DNA from: the human T2T-CHM13v2.0 reference genome, Homo sapiens
NCBI RefSeq assembly: GCF_009914755.1
Contig: NC_060936.1
DNA length: 64,000 nucleotides
Strand: one strand, 5' to 3'
In this document: positions 56,901-64,000 of the stretch, piece after piece
How positions within the stretch are numbered: the stretch's first letter is position 1
Layout of the letters: each line of letters starts with the position of its first letter
Position numbers and translations under genes: made by a program
The notes under the pieces: model-generated
What the model was told of the DNA's origin: nothing
Databases searched by the model: none
The model's input: the letters and a program-made list of their open reading frames with translations, nothing else

Positions 56901-57561
56901 AAGTTATTTTACAATGGAAACAGGAATTCTCCTAGTTAAGATTTTAAGCCTAAGCTTTACTTTGCTAATCAGTGTGCTTTTCAAGAATATTTAAATGATT
57001 AGTTAGATTCATCTGAACAGGGGAAACAGTGTCTTAAATAGAATTTTGAAAAAAGAATAAATTTTACTATTGTATGAAAGAAATAGTACAGCTTCTGAAT
57101 TAATGGAGCGTCTATTTACATCTCACATGGTAGTACCCATAATTAGCATGTTCTTAGTAAATGTGTTTGTTTCCTAAACAAAAACGTATAAGCTAATTCA
57201 ATAATTAAGGCTTAACTTCCTTTTCCTCAACAAACCATGGAATTAGTCAAAAGATACAGAAGGAGGTTTATCAGACAGAAAGCTACAGGATTAAGTGTGT
57301 AAACCAAATTAATACCAGAAATTGTTTAGCTCTGTTTAATTTCAGGAGGGCATGTTCCACAGTGATAACTTTAGAGCATATTCAAGAATTGATTGTTTCT
57401 ATTAATAAGATATGCCAATGCCTGTTTTATTTGGTAGGTTAAGAACCATCTGATGAGTTATTCTTATCCCATACAGATAGTACAAAGAATAGAAGAAGGG
57501 AATGCAAAACTTTCTTTATAATTCATCTTATAACTAATCTCATAATGAGTATTTATTAATC

Positions 57562-57922
<361 letters not shown>

Positions 57923-58961
57923 TAAAAATATTATAGTACTTATCAATAATCTTATAAATAATCTTACAGTAATCTGTTCATCTTATAAATAATCATTACC
58001 TACCCACCAAAGTTCTCCGATAAGTGTTATTTGAAGACTTAGGTAGACAGAAAAGCAAAAAGTAGTGGAGCTAAAGACTATTAAGTAACTTGCATCTTCA
58101 TCCCATTAGAACCACTCCCTATCCACCGAAAAACATTTAGTCTGATTTATGGTCAAGTTGCAAGAAGGCAGCAAAGCCTCTGCAACGCAGAAGGCCAGCA
58201 ACATCAAGAAGTTCTCTCTATTGTTTTCTCCCATTGAATCTGGCCTCTGAAGTGTTATGCCAAAGTAAGCATGGGATTTAGTCAAGGGAAAATCTCCTGG
58301 GATTCATTTCTTGGACTTGGAAAGTCTTATAGTGCATCTGCCTTATAGTGGCTGGGTTATGGAGCAGTGCCATGGCAACCAAGGTACAACTGCAGCTTCA
58401 GTCTCGCTGGCAGCATTGAGCAGTCATGGAACATAGGGACATCCCCCTAACAATTGCCATAGTCTAAATGTAGTGATATGAAGGCCACATAATGGTGGCA
58501 AAAACTGGAATAAAAAGGAATAAACAAATGGGGACAAAATTACAAAGAAGACTAACCAGAACTAGGAGAAGAGAAAGAGAAGGCAAAATCAAAAGCTATT
58601 TCCCTTTTGAAACCTATGAGACTGTGAATATAGCATTGCCATTAATAGCAATAGGAAAGTCATAAAGATAAATGTTTTGGGTCTCAAAAGATAGGTGAGG
58701 TTTGCAGTTTACTAAATTCGAAGGGCCAATCCATTTGGAAGTGTGAAGTTGGCTTGTCGGAGAATAGAAAAAAAAACTACTCAAGGGAGGATTTGGGAAT
58801 TGGCATAAAGATGTCACTGAAACTGAAGAAGTACATGTGTTTTTCATGGGACAAAGTACACAGATTAAGCTTCTGTAGATGGCTAAGGATAAAAGTTTCA
58901 AAAATATTTCTATTTAGCAGAAGGTGGAGGAAAAAGAGGCATCTAAAAAGACAAAATTCTG

Positions 58962-60977
58962 GCAGCTGGTATATCCTTCACTTGCCTGTGAGCCGTGAGC
59001 CCTCCACACTTTGCCCACTCCAGTTCTACTCTGTCCGATGCTTCCACCATGGCCCAAGCTGGCATTGCACTGATTGGACTGGCTGTCATGGGCCAGAACT
59101 TAATATTGTGCATGAATGACCATGGCTTCATGGCCTGTGCTTTTAATAGTACAGTCTCCAAAGTTGATGATTTCTTGGCAACAAGGCAAAGGGAACCAAA
59201 GATGTTGATGTTCAGTCCTTGACGGAGATGGTCTCCAAACTGAAAAAGCCACAGGCGTATCATCCCTCTTGTGAAGGCTGGTCAAGCTGTTGATGATTTC
59301 ATGAAAAAATTAGTACCATTGTTGCACACTGGTGATGTCATCATTGATGGAGGAAATTCTGAATATAGGGATGACACAAGACGATGTAGATACCACAAGG
59401 CCAAGAAAATTTTATCAGTGGAGAGCAAAGTTAGTGCTGGAGGAAAAGGATCCCAGTATGGCCTATCACTCATGCCAAGAGGGAACAAAAGCTGGCCCCT
59501 ATCAAGGCAATCTTCTAAGGCATCACTGCAAAAGAAAGAACTGAGGAACTTTTCTCTGACTGGGTGGGAGAGGAGGGAGCAGGCCACGTTGTAAAGATGG
59601 TGTACAATGGGATACAGTATGGGGATATGCAGCTGATCTGTGGGGCTTACCACCTGATGAAACATGTGCTGGGCATGGAGCAAAACAAGATGGCACAGGA
59701 TTTTAAGGATTGGAATAAGACAGAGCTCGACTCATTCTTGAATGAAATCAAAACAAGATGACGGAGGCCTTTGAGGACTAGAATAAGACAGAGCTCGATC
59801 CATTCTTGATTGAAATCACAGCCAATATTCTAAGATACTGATAGCAAATACCTGCTGCCAAAGATCAGGGACAGCACAGGACAGAAGGGCACCAGAAAGT
59901 GGACCACCATCTCCACCCTGGAAGATGGCATTCCTGTCACCTTCATTGGAAAAGCTATCTTTGCTCGGTGCTTATCCTCTCTGAAGGATGAAAGAATTCA
60001 AGCTAGCAAAAAGCTGAAGGGTTCCCAAAAGATCTAGTTTGATGGTGATAAGAAATCATTCCTAGAAGACATTCGGAATGACCTCTATGCTTCCAAGATC
60101 ATCTCTTATGCTCAAGGCTTTATACTGCTAAGACAGGCAACCACTGAATTTGGCTGGACCCTCAATTATGGTTGTATTGTCCTGATGTGGAGGAGGGAGG
60201 CTGCATCATCAGAGGTGTATTTCTAGGAAAGATAAAGGATGCATTTCATCAACGCCCAGAACTTGAGAACCTATTATTAGACGACTTCTTTAAGTTGGCT
60301 GTTGAAAACTGCCAGGACTGCTGGTGGTGGGTGGTCAGCACTGGGGTCCAAGCTAGCATTCCCATGCCCTGTTTCACCATTGCTGTCTCCTTCTGTGATG
60401 GATATAGACACGAGATGCTCCCAGCCAACCTCATCCAGACTCAGCGGGATTACTTCGGGGCTCACACTTATGAAGGCTTAGAAAAACAGGGAGAGTTTAC
60501 CCACACCAATTGGACAGGCCATGGTGGCAGTGTGTCATGCTCTTCACATAATGCCTAATCATGCTGTTTCTGTTGCCCGTCACAATTCCATAGACCGGGA
60601 CGTTTCATGTATCACACAACCACACAACACCACTTAATGGTCCTTTGTTCTATTTTCTGCTCAGGTCTTTTAAAATAAAAGAATGTAAGAGACTCCCAGA
60701 AAAGTCATATAGAGTTTATTTATGAAGTAGCTCTGTGAGAACCATCATGCCCTCTGCCCTTGCCTCTTGGGACTGACCAGGAGCTGATAATGTGCACGAG
60801 AGTGAGAACCAACCCGTTGAAGCAGTCGTTCCTAAGTGCTCCCTGTGGACTAGTGAGGCTCCTCTCACGTAAATAGGAAGACTGTTGTTACAAGTTGATC
60901 AAACTGGAATATTTCTATCATGCAGCTGAATTCCCTTTTTCCTTTACTCAATAAAAGCTATATTTTATTAAAAAAAG
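58962..60977 (+). pseudogene. PGD: Processed pseudogene of 6-phosphogluconate dehydrogenase (full-length retrocopy; CDS homology 59049-60558)
   Basis: ATG 59049 MAQAGIALIGLAVMGQNL...; GDVIIDGGNSEYRD; [21 protein letters not shown]; GGCIIR; LPANLIQTQRDYFGAHTYE...HTNWTGHGGSVS. Intronless, with homology split over several frames by frameshifts and stops; aataaa 60950-60955, A-tail 60970-60976, TSD aaagacaaaattctg at 58947-58961 and 60978-60992. The symbol refers to the parent gene. Confidence 0.97.
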
Positions 60978-62026
60978 AAAGACAAAATTCTGAAAGGGTA
61001 TCAAGAAAGTTTCATGGCAGAGATACACATTTCAAGGAAAGAGCTGGTCAGCTGTGTCATGGATGCATTTAAAAACCAAGAGGAAACTGAAGGCAGATGA
61101 CATTATGGTGAACATACTGGAAAGGAATTAAAGCAGCTTGTGATAAGTTGAAGGCAAATTTGAAGGAAGATCACTTGGTGACAGTCCTCTAGGGATTGTG
61201 CAGTGACACCTTATATTTCATCTCCAGCTCAGCCCGAACACATGGCACAAATGAGAATCTTCTCATATGAGGATTTCATCTGGGTTTATAACCTAGTCAG
61301 TTCTATTTCTTTATTTGCCTCCAGAAGGGCTAGAAGCAAACCCCATCTGCATTCCCAAGGGAGGCAGGATAAGGCTCATTAACAAGATGTTTGAAATGGC
61401 CCTGCTTGCAGTTTTACAAAGAAACGTTATGAATTAGCAGTGTAATATGTTACACGGTACAATCTCTCACCACCACAGACCCGGGATTTAGTGCTTTATA
61501 GTATAGCTATATTTTAAATAAGACATAATTAGTATCAGAACTGTCAGATTTCAGCATCTTAAAATTAGATACTAAAAGTAAGGTTGATAAAATTATTTTG
61601 CATCAAATATTAAAAGATGGTTTCCTGTAAGAAATATAAATATGGCATATCTTAATTTTCAAATTTAGCAAAACTGAAACCAAATCTTCCCATAGTAATA
61701 AATCTCTCTATATCATACAAAAGCTCTCTCTAGTCTATCCCGGAGATTTTAAATAAAGTGTAAAATTAACACATTTAATTTCTGTAAAATATTTCATATT
61801 TCCTTCTTGATGTATGGCACTCCTCTAGATTTTATGAATATATTCTGGAATTTACTGTTGCTATTTCAAATACTTTATCATATTTTGTTATACTGTATGA
61901 TGCATTAGAAATTGATGAAGAAATAAGACTACAATTTGATTAATTATAGGCCAGAGGTTTTAATTATGCCTTTCAGTTAATCAAAGTAATTTCCTCTGTT
62001 ATAACAGAAGTAATCCTTTTACAGAC

Positions 62027-62106
62027 TTTTTTTTTTTTTTTTTTTTTTTGAGATGGAGTCTCTCACTCTGTTGCCCAGGCTGGAGTGCAATGGCACGATC
62101 TCAGCT
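62027..62106 (-). mobile_element. Alu 3'-end fragment with poly(A)
   Basis: T-run 62027-62049 then gagatggagtc...tggcacgatctcagct, where Alu similarity ends. Confidence 0.92.
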
Positions 62107-62177
62107 TTACAAAAACAAAAAGGCTTTATAATCCTAGGCTTACTTTTACTCACCATTGTTTACTAATTGAAGTTTAG

Positions 62178-62600
<423 letters not shown>

Positions 62601-63419
62601 TGAACTAACCCCAGTATTCTCATAATGACTAAAGGTCAGTAACCAAGCCAAGCCCAGGAATGTGGCTGGGCTCCAAGAATAATCTAGAATGATCCAGGTT
62701 TTGTCCATGCTCCATTCTGCCCTTCAATTTCATTGTTTTCTTTCTCTGAGGACTAGCTTTCTCTGCTCTCAGTCAACATACAAAACATGGAGAACAGTAG
62801 CTCCCTGATTCTATGTGTTAGAATTCAGTCATTCAGGAAGAAACTAAACGTACTCTTTCTGTTCCAATTTTAAAATTCCTAGGCAAAAAAATGGCTATTT
62901 TCATCAGTTGTCCATTCTTCGATGAGTCAACTCTGGTCAAGGAGTGGGTACACATTGGAGAATAGGGTTTGACCCAACCTGTCAACTGGAGACAGGAGCC
63001 ATGGACATGTAGGGCTCAATGGCTGCCCTGGATCTACGGCCATTATGATGAGGATGTGATGTGCACCTATACACCAACACACCAGAGACTGTCCTAAAGA
63101 GTGATAACTTAATTCAGTCGCTTTAATTTTTTAAAAAAATCAATTTTAAAAAGTCAATTTGCTTAGAAGAAAACTACAATCATAACTATTACTTGGGTCT
63201 GTTTAAACAATTTTATTTTTAAAAACTTTGTGATTTTGGTGATGCATAAACACACTGTGGTTATTTTTATTTGCCTATTGGGAATTCTGATGAAAAATTA
63301 GGTGAGCAAAGGGACATATTTTTTAAACTATAAGACAGCTGTTCTTATTCAGTCACTGAGTGATAAGGAGGGAAGTTTAAGGCTTAGAATTCTTGGTTGT
63401 TGTAGAAGATACTTGAGTT

Positions 63420-63782
63420 GCTGACTTTACCCTTTCATGTTTGCTTTCCTGCCCTGCAGAAACAAGAAAGTGAAATCCTTCTTATATCCCTGAATCCCCA
63501 GAAGCCCTAGGTAGTCCTGTTACTTGGTTCTGGTGAATGGGATATAAGTGAAAAACTATTGGTGCTTCCCCTTCTGTTCTTCCTGCCTGAAATCCTGGAG
63601 GGATACCTGAGGTGCATCAGCCACCCCTAAGGATAGAAAAAGAAGGAAAAGAAGAGAAAGTGAGAAAGCATGGACTGCCTCTGCTTGGAGTCCTCTTGTA
63701 TGAGGCAGACAAATTCCTTAATATAAGCCACTCTGTGGGGTTTTTGTGAAACTCATAGCCGAGCACAATACACTGGATATAG
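63420..63782 (+). mobile_element. Old MLT1-type LTR fragment
   Basis: ggactgcctctgcttggagtcctcttgtatgagg...aattccttaatataagccactctgtggggtttt. Confidence 0.5.
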
Positions 63783-63867
63783 CTATCCCAGCATCAGGAA
63801 AGTGGCAAGAATTACTGAAAGTTGGTACTTAAAGGTAGCCAATTGCTACTGCAAATCTTTTTGCCCT

Positions 63868-64000
63868 TGTGATGGTTAATTTTATGTGTCAACTTGATTG
63901 GGGCATAGGATGCCCAGATATTTGGTCCAACATTATTCTGGGTATGTCTGTGAAGGTGTTTCTGGATGAGATTAACATTTGAATCTACAGACTGAGTAAA
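63868..64000 (+). mobile_element. MLT2 ERVL LTR 5' part (runs off the window)
   Basis: tgtgatggttaattttatgtgtcaacttga...ggatgcccagatatttggtc...gatgagattaacatttgaatc. Confidence 0.9.

Noticed and set aside
58995-60558. PGD-like ORFs as a functional gene
   Set aside because: Intronless, frameshifted, with in-frame stops and a 68-bp duplication, bounded by a tail and TSD.
58947-60992. Assigning a specific pseudogene name or chromosome
   Set aside because: Cannot be determined from the sequence without a database search.

Overview
Primate (human-like) AT-rich, CpG-depleted non-coding DNA, intronic or intergenic, dominated by interspersed repeats: about 20 Alu copies or fragments, L1, L2, MIR, MaLR/ERV LTRs and DNA-transposon fossils. 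The only gene-derived sequence is a full-length, disabled processed pseudogene of 6-phosphogluconate dehydrogenase (PGD) at 58962-60977, with poly(A) signal, tail remnant and a 15-bp target-site duplication (TSD). No intact protein-coding exon, RNA gene or novel multi-gene system can be supported, and the listed ORFs are repeat-derived or chance. The most interesting signals are retrotransposition and repair scars. (i) A 500-bp composite at 62014-62526 with one TSD looks like a complete Pol III Alu transcript, including its unique 3' flank up to the T-run terminator, fused to the 3' end of a second Alu. (ii) A tailless internal Alu fragment has a perfect 14-bp TSD. (iii) An Alu carries a template-switch hairpin. 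(iv) Several local duplications occur, including one inside the PGD retrocopy. (v) A candidate promoter/first exon lies near 8.0-8.1 kb. Repeat family and subfamily names come from recalled consensus sequences and need RepeatMasker/Dfam confirmation; boundaries of old repeats are approximate.
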